A stretch of DNA of 64,000 nt from Pseudomonadota bacterium (GCA_038532095.1 JBCBBB010000002.1:31875-95874); one strand, 5' to 3'; positions 9,436-18,687 are shown, numbered from the stretch's first letter. Notes: a model not told the origin generated them from the sequence alone. Translations and numbers: made by a program.

Positions 9436-10553
9436 TATGCCTTTACGGCGAGTGCTGGTGACATGACGTCGATGCCAAGGGCCTTGCCCACAGCGAAGTA
9501 GGTCAGTTTGCCATCGTGCACGTTCAACCCTTCAAGAAGGTGGGGATCGTCAAGGGATGCCTGGCGCCATCCCTTATCTGCCAAAGCCAGAAGATAGGGC
9601 AGGGTTGCGTTGGTCAGCGCGATGGTGGAGGTGCGTGCAACAGCGCCGGGCATGTTGGCCACGCAGTAGTGGATGATCCCATCCACATCATAGATCGGGT
9701 CTTCATGCGTCGTCGCCTTTGATGTCTCGAAGCACCCGCCCTGATCGATGGCGACGTCTACAATTGCGGCGCCGGGTTTCATGGTTGAAAGGTCCGCCCG
9801 TGTCACCAGTTTCGGCGCCGCTGCGCCGGGGATCAGAACAGCGCCCACGACTAGATCGGCGTCTGCAATGAGTTCGGCCGTGGCGGCGGCGCTGGAGTAG
9901 CGGTTGCGAAACAAGGTGCCGAACGTGTCATCCAGATATCTGAGCCGGGGCAAGGACCGGTCGAGCACAGTGACATCGGCCCCCATCCCGGCGGCAACGC
10001 GTGCCGCATGGGTGCCAACAACGCCGCCACCGATCACGACCACCTTGCCCGGACCGACGCCCGGGACACCACCGAGCAGAACGCCGCGCCCGCCGTTTGC
10101 TTTCTGCAAGGTCCACGCACCAACCTGAGGTGCGAGCTTCCCGGCCACTTCTGACATTGGGGCGAGCAGCGGCAACCCGCCCGACGGGTCCGTGACCGTT
10201 TCATAGGCAATGCATGTTGCGCCCGACGCCATAAGGTCGCGGGTCTGTTCCGGGTCCGGAGCGAGGTGGAGGTAGGTGAAGAGGATCTGGCCCGCGCGCA
10301 GCATCTTGCGTTCGGCGGGTTGCGGCTCCTTGACCTTTACGATCATGTCCGCATGGGCAAACACCTCCTCCGCAGTGGTCAGGATGGTGGCACCAGCGTC
10401 GCGGTAATCCTTATCGGTGAAACCGGCCCCGGCCCCGGCATTGGTTTCCATGAAAACCTCATGGCCATGGCGCACAGCCTCCCCGGCGGTGGTCGGTGTC
10501 ACACCGACACGGTATTCCTGAGCCTTGATCTCCTTTGGGCATCCAATTTTCAT
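9435..10553 (-). CDS. ald: alanine dehydrogenase
   Basis: [17 protein letters not shown] and a GGGVVG.. NAD-binding fold, 372 aa. It is divergent from an Lrp/AsnC regulator, the usual arrangement for ald. Confidence 0.95.
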   Translation of the reverse strand: MKIGCPKEIKAQEYRVGVTPTTAGEAVRHGHEVFMETNAGAGAGFTDKDYRDAGATILTTAEEVFAHADMIVKVKEPQPAERKMLRAGQILFTYLHLAPDPEQTRDLMASGATCIAYETVTDPSGGLPLLAPMSEVAGKLAPQVGAWTLQKANGGRGVLLGGVPGVGPGKVVVIGGGVVGTHAARVAAGMGADVTVLDRSLPRLRYLDDTFGTLFRNRYSSAAATAELIADADLVVGAVLIPGAAAPKLVTRADLSTMKPGAAIVDVAIDQGGCFETSKATTHEDPIYDVDGIIHYCVANMPGAVARTSTIALTNATLPYLLALADKGWRQASLDDPHLLEGLNVHDGKLTYFAVGKALGIDVMSPALAVKA

Positions 10554-10614
10554 GCGTCGTCCTCCCTTGCTGGGAATTTATCGTCCCTTTGTGGTGATTT
10601 GCTGCAATTTCTTT

Positions 10615-10626
10615 GTCACATGTGAC
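10615..10626. promoter_or_regulatory. perfect 12-bp palindrome GTCACATGTGAC in the ald/lrp divergent intergenic region (candidate Lrp-type operator)
   Basis: The palindrome is read directly from the sequence. Its function is inferred from position only. Confidence 0.3.
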
Positions 10627-10678
10627 GTTCTTGGATAAGCAAGGCGCAAAACAATGACGGAACAGCAAGAATCTTCGA

Positions 10679-11140
10679 ATGTCAGATCTTGATGCGACAG
10701 ATGCCCGAATCCTCTCCGTCCTGCAAAAGCAGGGGCGTATCTCGAATTCTGACCTTGCGGAGGCGGTGAACCTCTCCGCATCCGCTTGCCACCGACGGGT
10801 GCAGCGGTTGGAGCAATCCGGGTATATCCGCGATTACGTCGCTTTACTGGATCCGCGCAAACTCGGGCGGGCGACGGTTGTTTTTGTTGAGATCACGCTG
10901 TCGGGACAGTCAGACGAGGTGCTGGATGCGTTCGAACGAGAAGTGCGGCGCATTCCAGACGTGCTTGAATGTCACTTGATGGCCGGGAAGGCCGACTATC
11001 TGCTGAAGGTGGTAGCGGCAGACGCTGAGGACTTTGCGCGCATCCACCGCAAGAAACTGGCGCGCTTGCCCGGCATCGCGCAAATCCACTCGTCCTTTGC
11101 GTTGCGCAAGGTCCGACAGACCACGGCTTTGCCGGTCTAA
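10679..11140 (+). CDS. Lrp/AsnC family transcriptional regulator
   Basis: LD..D.RIL..LQ..GR.SN.DLAE.V.LS.S.C.RRV..LE..G.I followed by an AsnC/RAM domain, 153 aa. Confidence 0.9.
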   Translation: MSDLDATDARILSVLQKQGRISNSDLAEAVNLSASACHRRVQRLEQSGYIRDYVALLDPRKLGRATVVFVEITLSGQSDEVLDAFEREVRRIPDVLECHLMAGKADYLLKVVAADAEDFARIHRKKLARLPGIAQIHSSFALRKVRQTTALPV

Positions 11141-11553
11141 GCGGTTTCGATCACCTCGAAATCATGCGTGACAGGCATGGTCGGCTTCAGCATCGCAACG
11201 GCGGAGCAATACTTGTCGACAGACAGCTCAATGGCACGTTTGACGCGATCCTCGGAAAGGTTGCGGCCTTTCACGACGAAGTGCAAATGCACGCGGGTGA
11301 AGACTTTGGGCGGGTTGTCGGCCCGATCCGCGTCAAGCTCGACAATGACGTCATCGATGGATTGACGGCCCTTGCGCAGGATCTCCACGACATCCCACGC
11401 CGAGCAGGAACCGGCCCCCATTAAAACCAGTTCCATGGCGGAGGGGCCCGGCTTTGGAGCGTCACCTTCCGCGGTTCCGATCACGATGGAGTGGCCGCTT
11501 TCGGTCTGGCCGGTGAAAGTCTTGTCGCTGACCCATGTGATGCGGGATTTCAT
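11137..11553 (-). CDS. OsmC family peroxiredoxin-like protein
   Basis: 138 aa. GPSAMELVLMGAGSCSAWDVV...SVDKYCSAVAML carries the two OsmC-type cysteines. Confidence 0.85.
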   Translation of the reverse strand: MKSRITWVSDKTFTGQTESGHSIVIGTAEGDAPKPGPSAMELVLMGAGSCSAWDVVEILRKGRQSIDDVIVELDADRADNPPKVFTRVHLHFVVKGRNLSEDRVKRAIELSVDKYCSAVAMLKPTMPVTHDFEVIETA

Positions 11554-11690
11554 GCTGTCCTCCGTTTTGCGCTGGTTAGGCCAAGCGCATCGGGAAGGCC
11601 AGCCCGCGTTAACCTTCTGGTCAGATAGCGGGTTCCGGTGGGGCCTTGCCTTGATTATGCCACAATTCAGGCCATCCCGGAGGCATTGAT

Positions 11691-12080
11691 ATGGGTAAAA
11701 CGCGCAGTCCCTTTGACATTCTTGGCGTGACGCCGGCCGATGACATGGCGACCATCCGCATGGCGTGGCGCGCCAAGGTCCGCGCGTTGCACCCGGATCG
11801 TGCCAAGAACAAGCGGCAGGCCACGGCCGCGTTGGCCGACGTCAACGCCGCCTTTGACGCCTTGCAGGGGCATGAACCCATGCGGTCAAAACCTGTGGTT
11901 AAGGCGCAGAACCAAACACGGAAGCGTCGGGTTGACCCGGCCAAATCCCGAACGGCGAAGGATGCCCCGGCACCGACGCGAAAGCGGCTCTGGCACGTCC
12001 CCGAGGGGGCCACGGCGTCCCTCTGTCAGACAGCGCTGTCCGGTTATCAGGAGGCTCGGCAAAACGTGAAGGCGGCCTGA
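11691..12080 (+). CDS. J-domain (DnaJ-like) protein
   Basis: SPFDILGV.P.....IR.AWRAKVRALHPDR contains the HPD motif. The C-terminal tail is basic and low-complexity. Confidence 0.75.
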   Translation: MGKTRSPFDILGVTPADDMATIRMAWRAKVRALHPDRAKNKRQATAALADVNAAFDALQGHEPMRSKPVVKAQNQTRKRRVDPAKSRTAKDAPAPTRKRLWHVPEGATASLCQTALSGYQEARQNVKAA

Positions 12081-12157
12081 TCTCTCAGGCGCGCCCACAG
12101 GTTTTGTCGATGTTGGCCCCTCTCAGGCACGCCAACCGAATTTGAAAACCGTTGGTG

Positions 12158-12919
12158 TCATGCCGTTGTTTCGGCCTTGATCGGTTTGCCGGTCTCCAAC
12201 CAGGATTTCAGCGAGGCGATGTGCCGGGCCCAGCCTTCGCGCACGCCATCCTGGCCTTCGGGGATCTCATAGTGCTCACAGGTCAGTTTGCAGTGGTCGC
12301 CTTGTGCGTCGATCATGAACACGATGTGTGACTTTTCGGCGCCGCCTTCCCAGTTGGGCTCGAAGGTCATTTCAATGCGGCTCTTCGGTTCCAGCGCCGT
12401 GGTCACTTGCGTCAGCATGGTGGAGCCATCCTTGCGGATCATGTTCATCGGTTTGCCAACTTCAGCGTCCCCTTCGGCGTCGTCGCACATGAAGTGATAG
12501 GCGGCGACCTGCTCTGCGGTCGTGAGCGCATCCCAGAGCGCGTCTTGCGTACAGCGGATAAAGGTCTGGTGGATGAAGTCGGGCTTCATTTCGGTGTCGT
12601 ACATGGGGCGGTTTCCTTCGAGATTGGTTTTCAGGTCAATGATTCCACGTGCAACGGGCTTGGCCAGAAGGGGCTCGATCCAACGGTCGATGACCTCCTG
12701 CAATGGGACGGCGTTCAGGTAGTGGTATTTGAACCGCCCCACCTTGCGCGTGGTGATGAGGGACGCGTCTTCGAGAACGCCCAGATGCTTCATGACGCCG
12801 AAGCGGGTCATGTCGAACTGCTCTTCCAGTTCCGACAGGGTCTGACCGTCCTTCTTGCGAAGGCTGTCGAGAATCTCCCGCCGGGCCGGGTCGTTGAGGG
12901 CTTTGAAGATCGTGTCCAT
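12158..12919 (-). CDS. ArsR-family HTH regulator fused to an SRPBCC/AHSA1-like domain
   Basis: ALNDPARREILDSLRK.DGQTLSELEEQFDM.RFGVMKHL.VLEDA.LI is an ArsR wHTH. The C-terminal half looks like an Aha1/SRPBCC domain. I prefer the ATG at 12919 over the GTG at 12949 because a promoter/operator-like arrangement lies in between. Confidence 0.85.
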   Translation of the reverse strand: MDTIFKALNDPARREILDSLRKKDGQTLSELEEQFDMTRFGVMKHLGVLEDASLITTRKVGRFKYHYLNAVPLQEVIDRWIEPLLAKPVARGIIDLKTNLEGNRPMYDTEMKPDFIHQTFIRCTQDALWDALTTAEQVAAYHFMCDDAEGDAEVGKPMNMIRKDGSTMLTQVTTALEPKSRIEMTFEPNWEGGAEKSHIVFMIDAQGDHCKLTCEHYEIPEGQDGVREGWARHIASLKSWLETGKPIKAETTA

Positions 12920-12931
12920 GGGGAGAGAAAT

Positions 12932-12951
12932 AGGTGACTCGATAGTCACCT
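12932..12951. promoter_or_regulatory. inverted repeat AGGTGACT-N4-AGTCACCT, candidate autoregulatory operator of the ArsR-type gene
   Basis: Two perfect 8-bp arms. On the minus strand the layout reads TTGACA-G-[GTGACTATCGAGTCACC]-TATTTC-tctcccc-ATG. The operator therefore sits between -35-like and -10-like hexamers, very close to the ATG. Confidence 0.5.
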
Positions 12952-13034
12952 GTCAATAACATTAGGTGAGTATTTGGTCACATAATGTGGAGAGGAATGA
13001 TTTACGAGAAAAATTATCCGTTGGGTGATGCGTA

Positions 13035-13083
13035 AGCCGGGCTTCAGCCCGGCAAAAACTGCAATGCCGGGCTGAAGCCCGGC
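13035..13083. repeat. two 18-nt hairpin units that are exact reverse complements of each other
   Basis: GCCGGGCTTCAGCCCGGC (13035-13052) and GCCGGGCTGAAGCCCGGC (13066-13083). Each has a 7-bp stem and a 4-nt loop. The 13-nt spacer is A-rich on the plus strand. Confidence 0.7.
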
Positions 13084-13358
13084 CTACTTGCAAACACCGA
13101 TACCGCCGGTCCGGGGCATCCCGTCGGCGCATGCGGCAGATCATTTGGTATGTTGATGAAGACTGACAGGAAAACAGTGACGTCACTGAACCCGGCCCCT
13201 GTCCCCACTAGCTCGCGCCTGGGGATCAGGACCTGTCGAAGAGCGATGCGCATCGCAGGGAGGGTTTTGCCACGCGTGAGTTGAGGATTGGTGAGGAGGG
13301 CGTTCGGTGGGGAGTGTTCGAGGGTACCAAGGCGAACTTTGCTGTCTTTCAAAGTTTA

Positions 13359-13784
13359 TTAGATTGACGTTTCGACAAATGGTTCTGCAACGACCTGGTA
13401 TTCATCCTCAAAGACAACATAGCCAATCCGTTCTTCCTTAATCACTTCAATAGCGAAGCCGTGTTCATCAAGGATGCTCTTTAGTTCAAATGCCTTTGCG
13501 ATGTGGTCGGTTGCAGAAGGCTTAAACCAACTTAGGCCTTTCGTTTCCTTTCGATAGTAACCTTTTGATCTGCGTCTTGAAAAGCGTTCCGGGAGCTCAA
13601 GATGGTTAGCGAACCAGTGTCTCAGTTCATCGACCCTGACCACTACTAGCGGATCAGTCAGAGGATTGTTCGTAAGCTCACCAGCCGCTTGAAAGAAGCC
13701 TTCGCGTGACTTCATTCCTTCAACTTGTTTGGCATATACAAATCGTAGGTACATAGGGTTTAGTGTCGCCGAACTAGATAACAT
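13359..13784 (-). CDS. hypothetical protein (up to 141 aa; start uncertain), in a conspicuously low-GC segment
   Basis: An uninterrupted ORF in a ~430-bp stretch that is visibly AT-richer than all neighbouring DNA. No family recognised and no convincing SD at any candidate ATG. Confidence 0.5.
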   Translation of the reverse strand: MLSSSATLNPMYLRFVYAKQVEGMKSREGFFQAAGELTNNPLTDPLVVVRVDELRHWFANHLELPERFSRRRSKGYYRKETKGLSWFKPSATDHIAKAFELKSILDEHGFAIEVIKEERIGYVVFEDEYQVVAEPFVETSI

Positions 13785-14015
13785 TTTTGCGCCGAACGAG
13801 CGGCATCACTTCGGGCCCAAAGCAAATGCCTAGGCACGGAGTCAAGGCCGAAGGCCGCCGTGCCATCGCCGGACCGGCCCGCGGTCTGGCGATTTGTCAC
13901 CGGAAGCGCCAAGCTCAGGCAAGCAATGTGTCTTGGCCACCATTAAGCGCATAGCCGCACAGTTTGATCGCCAGCCCCCGGTCCGCCGACAGCACGGCTC
14001 TCACGACCAAACACT

Positions 14016-14054
14016 CCAAAAACGACAAACCCCCGAGCAGTGCCGGGGGTCGTC
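14016..14054 (-). terminator. intrinsic terminator of rpsU
   Basis: On the minus strand, stem ACCCCCG/CGGGGGT (14029-14035 / 14044-14050) is followed by TTTGTCGTTTTT. Confidence 0.65.
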
Positions 14055-14091
14055 TCATCGGACGGCGAACCGTCCCAATGTTCAAAAGCTC

Positions 14092-14298
14092 TCAGAGCAT
14101 CCCTTCGCGCTGTGCCTTTTTACGGGCAAGCTTGCGGGCGCGGCGAATAGCTTCGGCCTTTTCACGGGCTTTCTTTTCGCTGGGCTTCTCGAAATGTTGC
14201 CGAAGCTTCATCTCGCGGAAGACGCCCTCACGCTGAAGCTTCTTTTTCAGGGCACGAAGCGCCTGATCGACATTGTTGTCGCGAACACTGACCTGCAT
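14092..14298 (-). CDS. rpsU: 30S ribosomal protein S21
   Basis: [31 protein letters not shown]....EKPSEKK.R is canonical S21. Confidence 0.97.
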   Translation of the reverse strand: MQVSVRDNNVDQALRALKKKLQREGVFREMKLRQHFEKPSEKKAREKAEAIRRARKLARKKAQREGML

Positions 14299-14407
14299 GT
14301 GGTTGTCACCACCTTTCTGAGTTAGAGTTGCGCAAAATTTGCAGGAGGTGGGCGTATAGCAAGGTCAACCTAGCTTGTCTACCACCGAGACCGAAGGAGT
14401 TTGCCCC

Positions 14408-15070
14408 ATGTCCCTTGATGCTCTTCTGGATGCCGCTTTGCCCCATGTCGCCTTTGATGGCTGGTCCGAGGCCAGCTTCAAAGCCGCCGCCCGCGACATC
14501 GATATGACCTCGTCGGAGGCGCGCGTGCTTGCGCCGCGTGGCGCGATTGATCTGGCGGTGGCCTATCACCGGCGGGGCGATGCCGCGATGGTGGCGAAAC
14601 TGGCGGAGACGGACCTCTCCGGTATGCGGTTCCGCGACAAGGTGATCACTGCGCTACGTATCCGCTTGAGCGTGATGGAGGATCGCGAGGCGGTGCGCCG
14701 TGCCTCGACGCTGTTTTCCCTGCCGAACAACGCGACCGAGGGCGGCAAGCTGGTCTGGGAGACGGCGGATCACGTTTGGACGGCGCTGGGCGATGAAAGC
14801 CGGGACGGGAACTGGTATTCGAAGCGGGCGATCCTGTCGGGTGTCTGGGGCGCGACGGTGCTGTACTGGCTGGGCGATGACAGTGCCGAGTTTGCCGACA
14901 CCCATGATTTCATCGACCGCCGGATCGAGGATGTGATGCGGTTCGAGAAGCTGAAGAGCCAACTCAAGGATAACCCGCTCACCAAGCCCTTCATGCAGAT
15001 GCAAGAGGCGGTCATGGGGCGGATGAAAGCTCCGACGCCACGCGATGATGTGCCGGGTGCCCAAGCCTAA
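14408..15070 (+). CDS. COQ9-family protein (the rpsU-divergently transcribed protein)
   Basis: The family-typical position, divergent from rpsU. Contains ...NWY.KRA.L..V...T.LYWL.D.S....T..F.DRRI..VM. The ATG at 14408 is preceded by GAAGGAG (14393-14399); the track start at 14375 is a TTG. Confidence 0.85.
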   Translation: MSLDALLDAALPHVAFDGWSEASFKAAARDIDMTSSEARVLAPRGAIDLAVAYHRRGDAAMVAKLAETDLSGMRFRDKVITALRIRLSVMEDREAVRRASTLFSLPNNATEGGKLVWETADHVWTALGDESRDGNWYSKRAILSGVWGATVLYWLGDDSAEFADTHDFIDRRIEDVMRFEKLKSQLKDNPLTKPFMQMQEAVMGRMKAPTPRDDVPGAQA

Positions 15071-16045
15071 ATGAAGGTCATTGAAATTGCTGAACCGGGC
15101 GGTCCGGAGGTGTTGCGTCTTGCAGAGCGTCCGGTGCCCGAGCCGGGCTATGGCGAGGTGCGGTTGCGCGTGGCTTATGCCGGGGTGAACCGGCCGGATG
15201 CATTGCAGCGGGCAGGGGGGTATCAGCCGCCGCCGGGCGCGTCTGATTTGCCTGGGCTTGAGGCCTCCGGGACCATCGATGCCGTTGGGCCGGGTGTATC
15301 GGGTTGGAGCGCGGGCGATAGGGTCTGCGCGTTGCTGCCGGGCGGTGGGTACGCGGAATACGTTGTTACGCCCGCCGCGCAGTGTTTGCCGATCCCCAAG
15401 GGTTTGGGTCTGGATCAAGCGGCCTGCCTGCCAGAGACGTTCTTCACGGTTTGGACGAATGTGTTCCAGCGGGGAGCGCTGGGCGCGGGTGAGACGTTTC
15501 TGGTGCATGGCGGCACCTCCGGTATTGGAACGACGGCCATCCAGATAGCGCATGTCATGGGCGCGCGCGTCTTTGCGACGGCGGGCACGAATGACAAGTG
15601 CCGGTTCTGTGAAAAGCTGGGCGCCGAGCGTGGCATCAACTATCGGACTGAGGACTTCGTCAGCGTGGTGACCGACGCAGGCGGTGCCGACGTGATCTTG
15701 GATATGGTGGGCGGCGATTATGTCCCGCGCAACTTGACGGCCTTGAAGGATCAGGGTCGGCTGGTTTTCATTGCGGCGCTTGCGGGTCAGCATGCCGACA
15801 TCGACATCTGGAGCATCATGGCACGGGGTATAACGGTGACTGGGTCCCTGCTACGCCCTCAGTCCGTTACGGCAAAGGCGCGCATTGCCGATGACCTCAG
15901 GCGCACGGTTTGGCCGTTCATCGAAGCCGGCCGCATCGTTCCCGTCATAGACCAATCTTTTCCTTTGGCGGAGGCCGCCGCAGCGCATAGAGCATTGGAA
16001 GCGGATCACATCGGGAAGATCGTATTGGAGGTCGCGGGCGGATGA
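15071..16045 (+). CDS. NAD(P)H:quinone oxidoreductase (zeta-crystallin/MDR family)
   Basis: GVNRPD..QR.G.Y.PPPGASD.PGLE.SG...LVHGG.SGIG..AIQ.A, 324 aa. Confidence 0.9.
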   Translation: MKVIEIAEPGGPEVLRLAERPVPEPGYGEVRLRVAYAGVNRPDALQRAGGYQPPPGASDLPGLEASGTIDAVGPGVSGWSAGDRVCALLPGGGYAEYVVTPAAQCLPIPKGLGLDQAACLPETFFTVWTNVFQRGALGAGETFLVHGGTSGIGTTAIQIAHVMGARVFATAGTNDKCRFCEKLGAERGINYRTEDFVSVVTDAGGADVILDMVGGDYVPRNLTALKDQGRLVFIAALAGQHADIDIWSIMARGITVTGSLLRPQSVTAKARIADDLRRTVWPFIEAGRIVPVIDQSFPLAEAAAAHRALEADHIGKIVLEVAGG

Positions 16046-16320
16046 GGAAAGTGCTGTGGGCCATTGCCATTGGGTATCCTGTGGGCCTGGCGGTTCTGGC
16101 CATCTTTTTGATGCGCCGTGATCCGACGCTGATCTTCGACCAGTATTACATGCTGGGCACGCTGGCGATTGCGCCCGCGTTCTTTCTGAGCCTCGTCATC
16201 GTGATCGCGCGCAGCGAGAACGCTCCGAAACTGGTTTGGTCAACGATGCTGGGATTCTGGGTGCTGATCGTCACTGCGCTTCATTTGTGGTTTATCGCCA
16301 TCATGGCGCAAACGCTTTAG
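16042..16320 (+). CDS. hypothetical small membrane protein (92 aa, 3 TM-like segments)
   Basis: A 4-nt overlap with the qor-like stop. The sequence is hydrophobic throughout. Confidence 0.55.
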   Translation: MRKVLWAIAIGYPVGLAVLAIFLMRRDPTLIFDQYYMLGTLAIAPAFFLSLVIVIARSENAPKLVWSTMLGFWVLIVTALHLWFIAIMAQTL

Positions 16321-16344
16321 GGTTAGGACGAATGGGTCCTGACC

Positions 16345-16974
16345 CTAGCGGATTGGGTCCAGCAAAGCGTCCTGTGCGCGGCAATCGCGACTGACGTCGC
16401 GTCCGCAGCTGCGCGGTTCAAGGTCGCGCGTCAGGCAGATCCGGGCTTCCTGAATGCGACCGGCTTTACAGGTGATGGTGATTTGCGTGTCCGACAATTG
16501 CGGGTTGTCTTCAAGAAAAGCCTGCTCGATCACCGAGGCGGGCAGGCGCACCGGGTCTTGCAACTTGCGGAGAAGCGCGGGCCGCGTGACCTGGCCGTAT
16601 GCCTCCCGGGCCAGACGGTAATAGTCGCTGGCTGTCAGCCCCGAACAGCGGCCATGCTTGTTCCATTGGTGCCAGGCATTACCTGAGGAGCCGAAGAGGT
16701 CGGCCTCGTCGCGCGTATCTGAACGGGACGGATTGCGCGCCGATGTCGCGCAGTAGCTCGGCCAACCTTCTTCGTACTGTGGCCAAAGCCCGTGCAGGAT
16801 CCAGCCATTGTCCGCGTCGGGGTCGCATTGGGGCGAGCCGCGTCGATCCCCTTCCAAGGCACACCAGGTCGGGGACCATGAAAGCGCCATGACGTAGTAG
16901 TCGAAGTCGCCAGCCTGCTCGCCGTCTGCCACGGCGACACCTGTACTCAGCAGCAAAACACTCAACGCCCGCAT
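16345..16974 (-). CDS. ribonuclease T2 family protein, secreted
   Basis: A signal peptide, then FDYYVMALSWSPTWC and LHGLWPQ (CAS I) plus W.KHG.C (CAS II-like) motifs. Confidence 0.9.
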   Translation of the reverse strand: MRALSVLLLSTGVAVADGEQAGDFDYYVMALSWSPTWCALEGDRRGSPQCDPDADNGWILHGLWPQYEEGWPSYCATSARNPSRSDTRDEADLFGSSGNAWHQWNKHGRCSGLTASDYYRLAREAYGQVTRPALLRKLQDPVRLPASVIEQAFLEDNPQLSDTQITITCKAGRIQEARICLTRDLEPRSCGRDVSRDCRAQDALLDPIR

Positions 16975-17095
16975 TCACTCTTCCCTCTCGTGCTTTCAAA
17001 GACTATATATCTGCCAACTCCCCGAAATTCGAGGATGGGTCCAAAGGGACCAGCCGATTTCCGGCACCGGGAAAGATTTGTCAGGAGACAAAGAG

Positions 17096-17848
17096 ATGAG
17101 CAAACCGATCATGGCCAAAGCGACTGCCGTCTGGCTGGTCGATAACACCACGATCAGCTTCAAGCAGATCGCGGATTTTTGTGGTCTGCACGAGCTTGAG
17201 GTGCAGGGTATTGCAGATGGCGACGTCGCCACAGGGGTGAAGGGCTTTGACCCGATCGCCAACAATCAGCTGACGCAGGACGAGATTGACAAGGCGGAAA
17301 ATGACCCGCTTTACAAGCTGAAGCTCAAGTTCAACGCCGCGGCTGTTGGTGAGGAAAAGCGTCGTGGCCCGCGGTACACGCCGCTTTCGAAGCGTCAGGA
17401 TCGCCCGGCGTCGATCCTGTGGTTGGTGAAGTTTCACCCCGAGCTCTCCGACGGTCAGATCTCCAAGCTGGTGGGCACCACGAAGCCGACCATTCAGTCG
17501 ATCCGTGAGCGGACGCACTGGAACATCTCGAACATCCAGCCGATTGACCCGGTGGCGCTTGGCCTCTGCAAACAGTCCGAGCTTGATGCCGCTGTTCAGA
17601 AGGCTGCTGCCAAGAAAGCCCGCGATGGCGAAGTGATGTCGGATGAGGAGCGCCGCAAACTCGTTTCGACCGAGCAATCATTGGAAGGCGAACCGGAGCC
17701 AAAAATCCCAACGGCTATTTCTGGTCTTGAGACGTTCACTCTTGGCGAAAGCGGGGATGAGGACACGACGGAGGCTGTCCCGGATGCGGACAGCTTCTTC
17801 AACTTGCCGAACGCGTCTGACGACGATGAGGAAGACGAGGCGCGCTGA
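17096..17848 (+). CDS. DUF1013 protein (TrcR-type cell-cycle transcriptional regulator), with an acidic C-terminal tail
   Basis: KATAVWLVDNT.ISF.QIA.FCGLHELEV.GIADG.VA.G.....P....QLT..EI and a second repeat ...W..K.HPEL.D.QI.KL.GTTK.TI..IR.RTHWN. ATG at 17096. Confidence 0.85.
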   Translation: MSKPIMAKATAVWLVDNTTISFKQIADFCGLHELEVQGIADGDVATGVKGFDPIANNQLTQDEIDKAENDPLYKLKLKFNAAAVGEEKRRGPRYTPLSKRQDRPASILWLVKFHPELSDGQISKLVGTTKPTIQSIRERTHWNISNIQPIDPVALGLCKQSELDAAVQKAAAKKARDGEVMSDEERRKLVSTEQSLEGEPEPKIPTAISGLETFTLGESGDEDTTEAVPDADSFFNLPNASDDDEEDEAR

Positions 17849-18093
17849 CGTTCGTCAGGGATTGGCCGTGGCACTCAGGCTTGGTCTTGAAAACATTGAC
17901 CGAAAGCCTGAGGCCAGGCAGGCACTCGCCACACCAACACGAAACTCACTACGGCTACACACACACCTACTGCGGCGATATACTTAATTTAGCATTACTA
18001 ATCCGACATTAGTGTGGCTTCATCCGGGGAAATTTCGTCTGAGATGTTCAGATGTGATGCATTTGTTTAGAAACTCTGGACAGTCCCGGTGAG

Positions 18094-18687
18094 TCAGACC
18101 AACTTTCTTGCCCGCAGCGCGGCGCTGATTGTGCCATCATCCAGGTAGTCGAGTTCGCCACCGATAGGTACACCCTGAGCAAGGGACGTGACCTTGACGC
18201 GGTGTTCCAGTTGATCCGCAATGTAATGTGCAGTGGTTTGCCCATCGACGGTCGCGTTCAGTGCCAGGATCACCTCCGAGATATTCTCGGTGGCGACGCG
18301 ATCCATGAGCTTTGGAATGCGAAGCTCTTCCGGCCCAATTGCATCCAGCGCTGAAAGCGTACCACCCAGCACGTGATACCGCCCTTTGAACACGCCAGCG
18401 CGTTCCATTGCCCAAAGGTCAGCGACATCTTCGACAATGCACAACTCGCCATTTGCGCGCTTCTCGCTTTCACAGATGTCGCAAAGATCGGACGTGCAGA
18501 TATTGCCACAATTCATGCACTCGCGGGCGGTCTCGGCAACTTTTGTCAATGCGTCGGCGAGAGGATTGAGAACGAGTGCGCGTTTCCTGACAAGGTGCAG
18601 AACTGCCCGCCGCGCGGAGCGTGGCCCAAGGCCGGGCAGCCGGGCCATGAGGTCGATCAAGTCCTCAAGATCGCGTGGCGCGCTCAC
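18094..18687 (-). CDS. recR: recombination protein RecR
   Basis: LPG.GP.SA.R....L, a C4 zinc finger (C..C.N......C.IC) and a Toprim domain, 197 aa. Confidence 0.97.
   Translation of the reverse strand: MSAPRDLEDLIDLMARLPGLGPRSARRAVLHLVRKRALVLNPLADALTKVAETARECMNCGNICTSDLCDICESEKRANGELCIVEDVADLWAMERAGVFKGRYHVLGGTLSALDAIGPEELRIPKLMDRVATENISEVILALNATVDGQTTAHYIADQLEHRVKVTSLAQGVPIGGELDYLDDGTISAALRARKLV

Noticed and set aside
13044-13352. A 102-aa minus-strand ORF in the arsR / low-GC-gene spacer.
   Set aside because: It runs through the twin hairpin repeats. It has no SD and no coding-like composition, and its translation is Pro/Leu/Gly-rich with no motifs.
17984-18002. TTAA-N7-TTAC, a near match to a CtrA box, downstream of trcR.
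   Set aside because: It is only a half-consensus match, it sits in a convergent spacer rather than a promoter, and the local DNA is AT-rich, which makes chance matches likely. It is mentioned under the spacer finding but not called as a feature.
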